From the IMG/VR virus record IMGVR_UViG_3300032893_000001, positions 1 to 64,000 of that record: a stretch of 64,000 nucleotides of DNA; one strand, written 5' to 3'. The notes below the pieces were generated by a model. That model was given only the letters and a program-made list of their open reading frames with translations, did no database searches and was not told the DNA's origin. The translations under genes were made by a program, and so were the position numbers. Origin of the DNA: a virus. Positions 1-9,198 of the stretch are shown here, in pieces. The stretch's first letter is position 1; each line of letters opens with the position of its first letter.

Positions 1-2163
1 CGCGAACGGCTCTTCGATGAGCGGCGTCGACATCGACGTCGTCGCGTAGAAGCCGTCCGAGTTCTGCTGCGGCGAGAACGTCTCGTTGACGGTGACGACC
101 GAGCCGGAGATCGCGGAGATGTTGTAGTTGTTCGTGTCCGCCGCGATGTTCAAGAAGAGACCCGCCGAGACCGGAATCGCGCCGGTCGGGTCGATGCCCT
201 GCGCGAGCAGGAGCGCGGCGAGGTTCGACACACCCGTGTCGAACGTGAGGCCCGTGTTGCCCACGCTGTTGCCGTTGACGCCGCTGGCGACGAGCGTGTG
301 GACCTTGTGCGTCGGCTTGTCCGGGTTGAACAAGCAGATGCGCTCTCCCTTGTTCGCCGGCGCGCTCATCGTGTCGACGTGGGTCTTGAAGACCTCGGCG
401 ACCGAGCTCTCGTGCGTGAGCGGAACGAGGCCGTAGACCTCGAACGCTTCGAGGTACGTCGCCGCGCGCGTGAAGGCGTCGACAGTACCGTACGGCTCGT
501 TCGCAGCGACCGCGTCGACTCCAAGGCCGGTCACCTGGATGCCCGGACCATTGAGCAGCGCGAAGTACATGCCGAGCGCGAGCGGGTTGTCGGGGGACAC
601 CGGGTCGAGCAGGTTGCCGAGCTGGATGGTGTCGTTGACGCGCAGCAATCCCGGATTGGCGGCCTTCTGCGTGACGTCGAGGCGAAGCGCGTGGTACGCG
701 ACGTACATCGGCGCGCGCCCCGGAAGAAGCGAAGAGGCCGTGGCTGCCTCGACGATCTTGCCGGTCGTGTCGCGCAGGATGCCGAGCTTGAGCAACGCGT
801 TGCCCGAGGTGTCGACGATGAGGTTCGGCGCGGGACGGCCAGTCATCGTAGGCATCGGCTGAAGGTTCTTGGCGACGACGTAGAAGTGCGTACCCGTGAA
901 GGTCGTCAGCACCTCGGTGTTGAGCTTCAAGCGCGCATTGTGCGAACCCGGAGCCACTTGGCTGATGAGGCCGATGTAGACACCATCGACCCAGAGCTCG
1001 TCGCCCGCCTTCGCCGCCATCGGCGAGCCGACGTAGCGAGCGATCTTGACGGTCGGCGTGAGGCCGGAGTCGAGCAGGTTGGTCGGGTAGACCGCCGAGC
1101 CGCCGTAGATCACGATCTCCGAATCCTCGCCGAGCGCGGTCGTGAGACCGTCCTCGCGCAGGCGCGTGCAGGTGAGCACGAGATCGCTGCCGCTGAGCGT
1201 GCACGTCAACCCGTCGAGCGGGTTGAACGCTGCCTGAATCTGCGCCGCCACTGCGGCCGCGCTTCCCGGATTGTTGAAGGTGACCGTCTTCGGCGCGCGC
1301 CCATCCGAGATGATGAGCGTCTTGCCGTCGAGCGAAGCGAAGGTGGGACCACCCGCGCCCGTCACCGTCGCTACTGTCGCAGGCGTCGACACGGAGGTGA
1401 AGTCCTCACCCGACATCTCCACGAACGGGGTCGTGTTGTTGCCGTTGCCGTCGTCGATCGCAGCGACCGCGCCGCCCTTGCGGAGCACGGACGACGTGCG
1501 CAGTGCCTCGAGGAGCGTGTTGGTCGCACCCGTTCCGAGGAACGCGCGGACCGTCGCCGGATCGATGGAGAGCTGCGACATGTTCCCGCGCGGGTCCGGA
1601 AACGCCGTCGTCGGAATGCGCACCTGCCAGCCGGCGTAGCTGCCCGCGCCGAAGCGCGTCTCACCACCCGACAGGAAGCCGAAGGCGGTGAGCACACCTG
1701 CCGTCGAGGCGCCGTCGATCGTGAGGAACTGGCTGTCGCCCGTTCCCGTCGTACGCAGGCGCCACTGCGCAGTGCCAACGAGCTCGGCGTATGCATCCGA
1801 CTCGCCGACGGCCGCGAGCGCCGCGTTGATCATCTGCACGACCGTCGCGGGCGTGTAGGTTCCGCTCGCGAAGGTGACGGTGACATCGACTTGGCCGTTC
1901 ACCGAGAAGAGCAGGTTGCCGTTGAGAGTGTAGACGACCGGCGGTCCGCCGCCCGCCGCGATCGCGGTGAAGACCGCGGGGAGGCTGACGAGTGCTCCCG
2001 TGTTCACGGCTTGCGCGCCGGCTGCGCTGGTGCTCACGGCATCGACGATCTGCTTGCAGGCGCCGACGATGCACGGAACGAGGGTGGGGGTGACGACCGT
2101 CGGGGAGGTGGTCCGGAACTGCTGGATCACCTCGACGCCGGGCTTCGGAAGTTCTGCCGCCAT
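1..2163 (-). CDS. Tail sheath protein (3' end runs off the window)
   Basis: Not in the ORF track because it has no stop inside the window. Hand translation from ATG 2163 gives MAAELPKPGVEVIQQFRTTSPTVVTPTLVPCIVG, the PGVxV...P-x-I-V-G N-terminus typical of sheath proteins. The frame stays open to position 1, has an AAGGAG RBS, and follows the neck genes. Confidence 0.7.
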   Translation of the reverse strand, partial: MAAELPKPGVEVIQQFRTTSPTVVTPTLVPCIVGACKQIVDAVSTSAAGAQAVNTGALVSLPAVFTAIAAGGGPPVVYTLNGNLLFSVNGQVDVTVTFASGTYTPATVVQMINAALAAVGESDAYAELVGTAQWRLRTTGTGDSQFLTIDGASTAGVLTAFGFLSGGETRFGAGSYAGWQVRIPTTAFPDPRGNMSQLSIDPATVRAFLGTGATNTLLEALRTSSVLRKGGAVAAIDDGNGNNTTPFVEMSGEDFTSVSTPATVATVTGAGGPTFASLDGKTLIISDGRAPKTVTFNNPGSAAAVAAQIQAAFNPLDGLTCTLSGSDLVLTCTRLREDGLTTALGEDSEIVIYGGSAVYPTNLLDSGLTPTVKIARYVGSPMAAKAGDELWVDGVYIGLISQVAPGSHNARLKLNTEVLTTFTGTHFYVVAKNLQPMPTMTGRPAPNLIVDTSGNALLKLGILRDTTGKIVEAATASSLLPGRAPMYVAYHALRLDVTQKAANPGLLRVNDTIQLGNLLDPVSPDNPLALGMYFALLNGPGIQVTGLGVDAVAANEPYGTVDAFTRAATYLEAFEVYGLVPLTHESSVAEVFKTHVDTMSAPANKGERICLFNPDKPTHKVHTLVASGVNGNSVGNTGLTFDTGVSNLAALLLAQGIDPTGAIPVSAGLFLNIAADTNNYNISAISGSVVTVNETFSPQQNSDGFYATTSMSTPLIEEPFA

Positions 2164-2165
2164 AG

Positions 2166-2669
2166 TCAGTTGCTCCTTGCCATCTGTTCGTTGGACCTAC
2201 GATCGGCTGCTCGAACGACTTTTCTACAAGTCTCGACGAACTCCTCGTTGGTCATGTCCCACTTGATGCGGTTGACTTGTAGAAGAACCCACTGGAGGTT
2301 CCCATTTACGCTCGCGCCCCCGCGAGACTTCGGAATGATGTGATCGATGCTGGCAGTAGCACCGGGGATCAAAGTCTCTCCGGTAATGGCGCACTGCCCT
2401 TTCTGCTCCTCCCACAAGCGCTGAAGAAGAGCGATGCCCTTCCCATTCCCCAGCCCATGGGGAACTCCCACATTCTTGAGCCAGTGCTTGAAGCAGAAAA
2501 TGCCGACCTCTGCGGACTTTCGACACGATGGACACTGCCCTCGCGCCACACGCTTGGCGTAGTAGCGTCGGTTGTCCCTGCGCTGCTTCTCCAGGCATAC
2601 AAAGCAGCGTCGACCAGACGTTGCCGTCGGCTTTCCGCAGCCTTTTACGCAAAGAGTCGTGGAGTCCAT
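2166..2669 (-). CDS. Free-standing HNH endonuclease with N-terminal Cys clusters (putative homing endonuclease)
   Basis: QCAITG...SIDHIIPKSRGG...NLQWV...N HNH motif; CxxC pairs; visibly more A/T-rich than flanking genes. Confidence 0.85.
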   Translation of the reverse strand: MDSTTLCVKGCGKPTATSGRRCFVCLEKQRRDNRRYYAKRVARGQCPSCRKSAEVGIFCFKHWLKNVGVPHGLGNGKGIALLQRLWEEQKGQCAITGETLIPGATASIDHIIPKSRGGASVNGNLQWVLLQVNRIKWDMTNEEFVETCRKVVRAADRRSNEQMARSN

Positions 2670-3623
2670 TCAGACCTTCACCGTGGTCGTTGCGACCGGG
2701 GTTGAATCACATTCTTTCACGTCGGTGCCGGATATGGGAAGGACCGCCCCCTGAAGATTGAGAAAGGTCTTGTTGCCGATACCCGGAGGACGAAGTCCGT
2801 ACGGACCCGTGCGCGCGCGGCGGATGACCACCTGCTGCGCCGGGTTGAGGGGATGCGCCGCCATCGGAAGCGCGTTCGGATCGGGCGCTCCCGGCGCAAA
2901 CGGCCCAGGACGCGTCGTCACCTCGAGGAACGGCGGATTGCCGCCGGCACCAATCGACGGCGCCATCCCAGGACGAATCGGGCACGGCTGCATCATCGAA
3001 AGAGCAAGCTGCACGTTCTGGATGATGCCCGTTGCGAGCGGCGTACGCGCGCTCGTTCGATAGAACTGGTACGGCGACGTCACTGATGTGCAGAACCACT
3101 CGTCAGCACCATCTCCCTCGATGATCGCTCCTGCGGCGCTCGGCGAGCCCACTTGGATGTTGCGTCCGACGTCGTAGAAGCCCTGCTTCATCAGCAGGTC
3201 TCGAAGAAGCCAGATGTGCTCCGCCGTCACCCACGCAAGATGCTCGCTCTCGAGGTCGCTGCGCGAGCAGCAGTTGATGACCATCGTGCCTGGAATCAGC
3301 AACGACTTGATCTTCCGACCCGTGGCGAAGTCGTACTGGTCCATGTCGTCGAAGCCGAGGTGATGGAATCCGATCGGCGCGCGCGTGAAGGTGATGCACG
3401 GGCGCATGTTGAGCGTCTCGACCTTGATCGGCGACTCGGCGGAGATGAAGAGCTCGGTCGATTGGTCGTCCGACTCCCAGTGGTACTGCCCGCGAGGGGC
3501 GGAGTAGAAGAGTCCCTGTACGAACGACACGTACAAGAAGCGCACGTGCTGGAGCGGGTTGTACTTGAAGCTACTCTCCGGCAGCTCCCCGTGCGGCTCG
3601 ACTCTGGGATTCTTCGTAGGCAT
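2670..3623 (-). CDS. Virion structural protein, probable tail terminator/completion protein
   Basis: 317 aa with genome-typical codon use, between the neck genes and the sheath; function inferred from position only. Confidence 0.45.
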   Translation of the reverse strand: MPTKNPRVEPHGELPESSFKYNPLQHVRFLYVSFVQGLFYSAPRGQYHWESDDQSTELFISAESPIKVETLNMRPCITFTRAPIGFHHLGFDDMDQYDFATGRKIKSLLIPGTMVINCCSRSDLESEHLAWVTAEHIWLLRDLLMKQGFYDVGRNIQVGSPSAAGAIIEGDGADEWFCTSVTSPYQFYRTSARTPLATGIIQNVQLALSMMQPCPIRPGMAPSIGAGGNPPFLEVTTRPGPFAPGAPDPNALPMAAHPLNPAQQVVIRRARTGPYGLRPPGIGNKTFLNLQGAVLPISGTDVKECDSTPVATTTVKV

Positions 3624-3951
3624 GGCGCAAGAGCTCCTTGTACTTCTTCATCACCTTGGCGGACTGCACTGCACCTGCCAGACCTCCGAGAACGCCGAGA
3701 GCGGGTGGAAGGTACTCGGTTGGAACCGGGTGCCCGAACAGCCGCTGACTCGCGAGATCTGCACCGTACCCCAATAGCTTACCAGCTCCGTACCCAAGGC
3801 CAGTTCCCGCAGCGATCGTTCCTGCTCCAAGTAGCCCTGCGAGCATCGTGTCCTTCGTAAGAGGAACGCCGGCAGACGGCATCTCCTCCGCGAGCTTCAC
3901 GGGTTCGGGAGCGACCTCGGGCAGGTACTCGAACAGGAACGGAAGGCTCAT
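3571..3951 (-). CDS. Small glycine-zipper protein
   Basis: GLLGAGTIAAGTGLGYGAG and LGVLGGLAGA segments after a VKLA motif; ATGA-coupled to the upstream gene. Confidence 0.6.
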   Translation of the reverse strand: MSLPFLFEYLPEVAPEPVKLAEEMPSAGVPLTKDTMLAGLLGAGTIAAGTGLGYGAGKLLGYGADLASQRLFGHPVPTEYLPPALGVLGGLAGAVQSAKVMKKYKELLRHAYEESQSRAARGAAGE

Positions 3952-4862
3952 TGCCCGAAGTCTCCGGGATTCGGGATGCTGTTTCTGTAGAGCGAGAAGA
4001 TGTTGGGGATCTCCTCTTTCAAGAAGTTCTCGAGGTTCATCGGCATCGTGTAGTTGCGCGGCGGCTCGAAGTAGATGTCCTGAAGTGCCTCGTCGAGCTT
4101 GAGAGGAATCTCGAACTCGATGTCACGCGGAGGCACTTCGTGAAGCTGCACTTCCTGATGCACCGTCGCACGCAGGTGTTCGGTCGAAGAAACAGAAACG
4201 ACGTGCCAGCGGCGGTTCTCGGACTCGATGATCAAGTCACGCGGCTTGAGCGGCGGGTAGTACCCCAAGCGGGCAGTCGTATTCGACTGCTGCTGCGGCC
4301 CGACGTTCGACGTCTGCTCGCTCTTCGCGGAGGGGTCGACCTGCATCCACACCTCGATCGGAGAGAGGTACCCGCGAACGAACCCCGTGTCGTAGCAGCG
4401 CACGCAGCGCGATCGGGTGCGCTTCTTCAACGTCGGACTCCAGCAGTCGCATCGCTGTCCGAACGTGCGTGCAGGAAGAACCCAGCAGCGGCGACCTGCG
4501 TACTCGTGGAAGAGAAGCTGGATGTGCCGTCGGAGCTCGAGAGCAATCAAGTCGGGAGTGGGCTCGAGCGTGACAGGACCGAACGTCTTCGTATCGCCAC
4601 TCGGAACGTGCGTGACGAGAAGCTGGTAGTGCAGCATCCGCCATCGGTCGCCGACGTAGATGGCGTTGTCGATGAAGAAGAATCGATCGCTGAAGGGCTC
4701 GGTCAGCTTGTCGAACGGCCCGCTCGGTGACTCGGAACGAAGAAGCTGGAAGGTGTAGTCGAGGACATCTTCCGACGTGTCTCCGATCGACCACGACACC
4801 TGATTCAGCGCGTTGTCGAGCGACCGAACCAGGAAGTCGTTGATGGTGATCGAGACGGGCAT
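3948..4862 (-). CDS. Neck/head-closure-like protein with Zn-binding insertion
   Basis: GQRCDCW...RCVRCYDTGFVRGY Cys motif followed by PxLKPRDLII...RRWHV, which resembles head-closure beta-barrels; neck-region position. Confidence 0.5.
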   Translation of the reverse strand: MPVSITINDFLVRSLDNALNQVSWSIGDTSEDVLDYTFQLLRSESPSGPFDKLTEPFSDRFFFIDNAIYVGDRWRMLHYQLLVTHVPSGDTKTFGPVTLEPTPDLIALELRRHIQLLFHEYAGRRCWVLPARTFGQRCDCWSPTLKKRTRSRCVRCYDTGFVRGYLSPIEVWMQVDPSAKSEQTSNVGPQQQSNTTARLGYYPPLKPRDLIIESENRRWHVVSVSSTEHLRATVHQEVQLHEVPPRDIEFEIPLKLDEALQDIYFEPPRNYTMPMNLENFLKEEIPNIFSLYRNSIPNPGDFGQ

Positions 4863-4864
4863 CG

Positions 4865-5353
4865 CTACCTTCCAGTAGCCATCTGCGAACGCATCGCAGT
4901 GACCTGCGGAATCGAAGAAGCACGAGGCGCGCTGAGCTGTCCGGACACGGGGCTGCCGAGCTGGCCCGAGTTCATCATGAAGTTGCGGAACGCTTCGTCC
5001 AATCCACCAAAGCGGCGTTGATCGCCGAGGATGCCCTGCGCGAGGGCATGCGGCGCGAAGCCCTCCTGCGTGACCAGCGGGTGCTGTTCGATCATCTGCT
5101 GGTACTGCGCCGGGAGCGACTTGAAGATGCCCTTCTGCTCCTGCACTGACTGCATGGTGAGCTGCGGCGGACGGACGCTCGAGGGCACACTCGAAGGCGC
5201 GTTCGTTCCTGCTGACGCCAGGGTGGGTGACTGCCCCGTGCGCGACGCGTTCCCGCTGACGACGTGCTGTTCGGACTGCGGCACGCGCGAGAGCTGAACG
5301 ACCGAATCGGCTTTGGTGGGCGGACCCGCGGGAGCGAGCTCGCCCGTCAGGCT
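4865..5353 (-). CDS. -1 frame extension of the 5347-6660 protein (track ORF 4865-5284)
   Basis: The frame is open from upstream of a C_CCA_AAA slippery site. The first start codon (GTG 5284) has no SD. Confidence 0.6.
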   Translation of the reverse strand, partial: SLTGELAPAGPPTKADSVVQLSRVPQSEQHVVSGNASRTGQSPTLASAGTNAPSSVPSSVRPPQLTMQSVQEQKGIFKSLPAQYQQMIEQHPLVTQEGFAPHALAQGILGDQRRFGGLDEAFRNFMMNSGQLGSPVSGQLSAPRASSIPQVTAMRSQMATGR

Positions 5354-5371
5354 TTTGGGCTTGCGACTCCT
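5317..5371 (-). other. Programmed -1 ribosomal frameshift signal (SD + C_CCA_AAA + hairpin)
   Basis: AGGAG (5371-5367), in-phase heptamer CCCAAAA (5359-5353), 7-nt spacer, then hairpin GGGCG-A-GCUCGC-UCCC-GCGGGU-C-CGCCC. Confidence 0.65.
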
Positions 5372-6660
5372 GCCGACGCTAGCGTTCCTTCCGGCTGTCG
5401 GAAGGCCGCCGAGATCGGCCCCTGACGAACCGTTCCAGGAGGTGCACCTGACCCGAGAAGCCCCGCGGGCGCGCCGCCTCGAGCCTTCACTCGATCAGCC
5501 AGGTCTGCCGATGCGCGCAGCCCGCGCACCTCGGTTTCCGCCGCGCGCGCCGCGCGCATCGCCTGCCGCCCACTGAGAGCAGCACCTGCACCGAGCGCTT
5601 TACGGAGCGGGGCGCCACGCGCCATCTGCTCGGCGACGTTGCCGCCTACATGCCCCGCCACGCCACCGAGCGCCGCGCCGCCGAGCGCGCCCGCGAGCAT
5701 CCCGCCGGGGTGCCAGCCGCGATCGTCGTGCCCACCCATGAGCGCGCCGCCGGCGGCTCCGAGACCCGCGCCGACCAGCGCCTTGGTCCCCTGGGGTCCG
5801 AGCTTCGAGAAGACGTTGCTCGCCGCCTGGCCGATGCCTGGAGGCAGCGAGAAGGCCAGCTTCTCCGCATCCGCGTGCGCGAGCTTCTTGGCCAGGTCCT
5901 CCGCCACCTTGCGGCTCGGGAAGGGGTCTGCGACCGCCTCGAGGCGCGGCCGCGCGCGCCCGATTGCCGTCGCCTCCGCGTTCAAGTCGCGCGCGCGAGG
6001 AAGCGAGCCGGGCTTGAACTTGACCGCCGTCTGCTTGGTCGCCTGCGCCGCGCCACGCAGTTTGCCCATCAGAGCAGGGTCCATCGCCGTCTTGCGCATG
6101 CGCTCTTTGGCGTCCTCGAGGGAAGCCGAGCTCAGCTTCAATCCCGGAGACCCGACCGGGCGGTTGTGCACCGCCTCGGTGTTGTCGAGCTCCTCCGCGC
6201 CGACAGCGCCGGCGCCTTGGGAGCCGGTCAGCTCGGGGGCCGGCGGCGTGTTCGGCTGCGCAGCCGCTGCCGCGGCGGTGTGCGCCGCCTCCTCCTCGAT
6301 CTGCGCGAGCTGGAGCTCGAGCAGCCGCTTCTGGAGACGCACCTGATCTTCCTGCGTGTACAAGCTGTCCATCGACGGCTGCTGAAGTCGGTGCTGGATG
6401 CGCTGCGCGTCGAGCTGGAGCTCTTGCTGCTCGAGCGCGACGGCCTGTTCGAAGAGAGGCGTTCCCTTGAAACGATCGAGCCAGCAAGCGACCTTGCCGT
6501 CGACAGGAGCGCACTCGTTGAACGCGAGCTTCTCGCCGTTGGCGAGAGCCTCGAGCTCGTGGCGCGGGAGCTTCTTCAAGTCCTCGATGAAGGCGCGCTT
6601 CTCTTGCTCGGCCTTCGACATGCGGTGAGCCGCGAGAAGAAAATGGTCGAGCACGGTCAA
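5347..6660 (-). CDS. Putative inner-head protein with coiled coil, K-x-A motifs and glycine zipper
   Basis: 437 aa; EKRA, EKLA (x2), RKTA, RKVA, KKLA; GAGLGAAGGALMGG and GALGGAALGG; GGGAGG RBS. Confidence 0.75.
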   Translation of the reverse strand: MTVLDHFLLAAHRMSKAEQEKRAFIEDLKKLPRHELEALANGEKLAFNECAPVDGKVACWLDRFKGTPLFEQAVALEQQELQLDAQRIQHRLQQPSMDSLYTQEDQVRLQKRLLELQLAQIEEEAAHTAAAAAAQPNTPPAPELTGSQGAGAVGAEELDNTEAVHNRPVGSPGLKLSSASLEDAKERMRKTAMDPALMGKLRGAAQATKQTAVKFKPGSLPRARDLNAEATAIGRARPRLEAVADPFPSRKVAEDLAKKLAHADAEKLAFSLPPGIGQAASNVFSKLGPQGTKALVGAGLGAAGGALMGGHDDRGWHPGGMLAGALGGAALGGVAGHVGGNVAEQMARGAPLRKALGAGAALSGRQAMRAARAAETEVRGLRASADLADRVKARGGAPAGLLGSGAPPGTVRQGPISAAFRQPEGTLASAGVASPKA

Positions 6661-9191
6661 CCTCCCATCAGAGTCTTGATGTCACCGGGCGCGCGCTGAA
6701 GTCGGCCCACCAGCGCGGGACCGAGACTCGCACCCATGCTTGCACCGCCGAGAGCTGCCATCGCCGTAGAAGCACCAGGGAACTTCTCCCCAGCCTCCGC
6801 CAGACCAAGCCGCGCTTTGCGCTGCGCCTGCATCATCGCTTCACCGAACGATCCCGCAGGCGTCTTCTCGTCCGCCGCGACCTCCTGACGAAGCTTCTCC
6901 GAGCCGCCGTGGATGTTGGCCGCCTGAAGACCTCCCATCAGTGCCGCGCCACCAAGCGCGTACGGAGCCTTAGACGTGAGCATCTGCTTCGCTCCGTGAA
7001 GCGCGCCCTTGGCGAGGTCCTTCACGCTCGCGCTCTTGAACTGGTCACCCGTCTGCGGGCGGTTCTGATCTTGCTGCCCGACCGTGCGTCCCGGTTGACC
7101 ACTCGCGCCCGAGTCTGGGCTTTCGGTCGGACCCGGAGTCGTCGTTCCACCTTCGGGGGGCGCTGCCGACGGAGTGTTGCCCGCGCTCGGTGCCTGCGCC
7201 GCCGGACCCTGCTGCTGAAGGCTGGTCGCCGGCTCACCACCAGACCCCATACCGCCGGTGTTCGAACCGCTGTCATCACCAGCGATCTCCCGCAGCGTCT
7301 GCTTCAACTTCTGAAGCGCCGCCGTCGTGTCGTTCGCGAGCTGACGGCTCTGAAGCGCCGAGTTGTTCGCCTGCACCGTCTGCATCAACGCGCGCGTCGT
7401 CGCATCGTTCGACATCTGCGTCTGCTGCTGCACCGCGTTCTGGAGCTCCGCAAGCTGCTGCGCCTGCTGCTCCTTCTCCTGCTGCGCCGCCTGGAGCGCC
7501 TGCTCCATCTGCTTCTGCTGCTCGGCGAGCGCGCGCGAGCGCTCCATGTAGAAGGCCGCTTCGTTGGCGCCCTGCTGCTGCTGAAGCATCTGCTCTTGCC
7601 CGAGCAGATTCATCGTGTCCTCGAACGCCTGCTTGATGCCGCCGAGCTTCTTCTTGGTGCGGCGCGTGTCGACCTCACGTCCGACGGTCTTGCCCGCCTT
7701 GCCGCCCAAGTGCTGCCCGAGTGCAGCCGCTGCGATCGACGGCAAAGAACCACCCGGCTTGCCCGCGTAGAAGCCACCGGTCGCGCCGAGAATGCGGCCG
7801 ATCACGTCGCCGTAGAGCTCACCGCGCATTCCCTCCGTCTGCCGCGCGCGCGCCGCGAGCCCCGCATCCGCGCGCTCGTGGCCCCTCGAGACGGCGTCGG
7901 CCTTGGCGAGCTTCTTCCAGAGCGGAATCGATCCCTCTTTTCCGAAGTCGAGGCCGCCCAGCCCCATGTCGTCCCCGCCTCCACCACCGCCTCCGCCACC
8001 ACGACGAGGAGCGGGCGAGCTGAGGTCCGCCTTGGTCGTCTCCTTGCCCGTGTAGCTGCCGATGGCCGGAAGCTGGACCTGGAGCTGCTGAACGGGTTGC
8101 TCGACACGGCCTGTGTCTCCCGCCGTTCCGGGAATCGCCGACATCGGGCGCCAGTCATAGCCGCCGCCGATGCCCGCTTTCTTCTCGGTAGCAGCACGAA
8201 CGCGCTTCAGCCCCAGCACCTCTTCAGCAGTTCGCTTTGCTGCATCCGCCTTCTGCGCAACGGGTCCCGTAGGGCCACGATGCTTGGCCACGACACGTCC
8301 CATCGCGTTCTGGAAGTCGCGCACACGACTTTCTTTGGCTCCGCGATTGATGGCACGAGCAACTCGATCCTTCACCCACGTGTGCGAAACCGCCATCTTG
8401 GCGCTCGCGTTCTTGAGGAAGTCCTCCATCATCGCGGTCGCGTCGCCGTGCTGATCGAAGTTGCCCGAGCCGCGCTTGCGCATCACGCGCACGTGCTCGG
8501 CGAACTTCGCCATGGCTTCCTTCTTCTCGATCGCCGGCGGCATCGTGCCGCTTGCGTCCGGATTGTTGGTCGCTGGAGTGCGCTGCTGCGGCTGCGGGGC
8601 CGCAGGAGGTTGCGCCGCCGCCATCGGTTGCATCGACATCGACGGAGTGTTCGGAAGCATCTGCCAGAGCTCGTCGAGGTGCTCTTGCTCTTTGGTGAGG
8701 TACTCCTCGACCTTGTACTTCGCCGGGTTCTCTCCGAGCATCGAGTGCAGCACGCGCCACTTGGCGATGCCTTCCTGCTCCATGCGGATCATCGTGTTGA
8801 TGATCGCCGACGGATCGGTCGCCGGCGGCGGCGCCGGGATGTCGTTGAGCTGCGAAGGACCACCGAGAACAGCGAGACGACGAAGCAGCCAGTCGGCGTG
8901 CTCGATCTCGTCCTCGGAGTGATCTTCGAACTCTTCTGCGATCGCGAAGTGCGACAAGTCGCGGAGCGACTGCGCGTACGTCTTGTACGCGTACATGGTC
9001 TTGAACTCGTTCTCGACCATCTGCACGAGCAGAGGAAGAACCTGCTCGACAGGCGCTTCGAACTGCCCCTCGAGGCCGCCGGTCTCGTCCGGGGGATCGA
9101 GAGGAGCCTGAGCAGCCGTCTTCAGCTTCAGAAAGAAGGCACTCGCCGCTGCGAGCGGGAGGTCTCCGACGATGTTGCGTTCGAACGACAT
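6657..9191 (-). CDS. Large modular head protein with N-terminal ferritin-like di-iron domain, coiled coil and glycine zippers (844 aa)
   Basis: Start reassigned to ATG 9191 (GAGGAG RBS; the track's extension overlaps 9199-9699). E...ExxH...E...ExxH ligand pattern (ENEF, EDEIEH, MEQEG, KEQEH) and many K-x-A motifs. Confidence 0.75.
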   Translation of the reverse strand: MSFERNIVGDLPLAAASAFFLKLKTAAQAPLDPPDETGGLEGQFEAPVEQVLPLLVQMVENEFKTMYAYKTYAQSLRDLSHFAIAEEFEDHSEDEIEHADWLLRRLAVLGGPSQLNDIPAPPPATDPSAIINTMIRMEQEGIAKWRVLHSMLGENPAKYKVEEYLTKEQEHLDELWQMLPNTPSMSMQPMAAAQPPAAPQPQQRTPATNNPDASGTMPPAIEKKEAMAKFAEHVRVMRKRGSGNFDQHGDATAMMEDFLKNASAKMAVSHTWVKDRVARAINRGAKESRVRDFQNAMGRVVAKHRGPTGPVAQKADAAKRTAEEVLGLKRVRAATEKKAGIGGGYDWRPMSAIPGTAGDTGRVEQPVQQLQVQLPAIGSYTGKETTKADLSSPAPRRGGGGGGGGGDDMGLGGLDFGKEGSIPLWKKLAKADAVSRGHERADAGLAARARQTEGMRGELYGDVIGRILGATGGFYAGKPGGSLPSIAAAALGQHLGGKAGKTVGREVDTRRTKKKLGGIKQAFEDTMNLLGQEQMLQQQQGANEAAFYMERSRALAEQQKQMEQALQAAQQEKEQQAQQLAELQNAVQQQTQMSNDATTRALMQTVQANNSALQSRQLANDTTAALQKLKQTLREIAGDDSGSNTGGMGSGGEPATSLQQQGPAAQAPSAGNTPSAAPPEGGTTTPGPTESPDSGASGQPGRTVGQQDQNRPQTGDQFKSASVKDLAKGALHGAKQMLTSKAPYALGGAALMGGLQAANIHGGSEKLRQEVAADEKTPAGSFGEAMMQAQRKARLGLAEAGEKFPGASTAMAALGGASMGASLGPALVGRLQRAPGDIKTLMGG

Positions 9192-9198
9192 GGACTCC

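Noticed and set aside
298-2343. Long plus-strand ORFs antisense to real genes (also 6909-9236, 10914-12695, 26544-28118, 38835-40712 and others)
   Set aside because: Arg/Val/Leu-rich shadow frames expected opposite high-GC3 genes; no motifs; the opposite strand encodes recognisable phage proteins.
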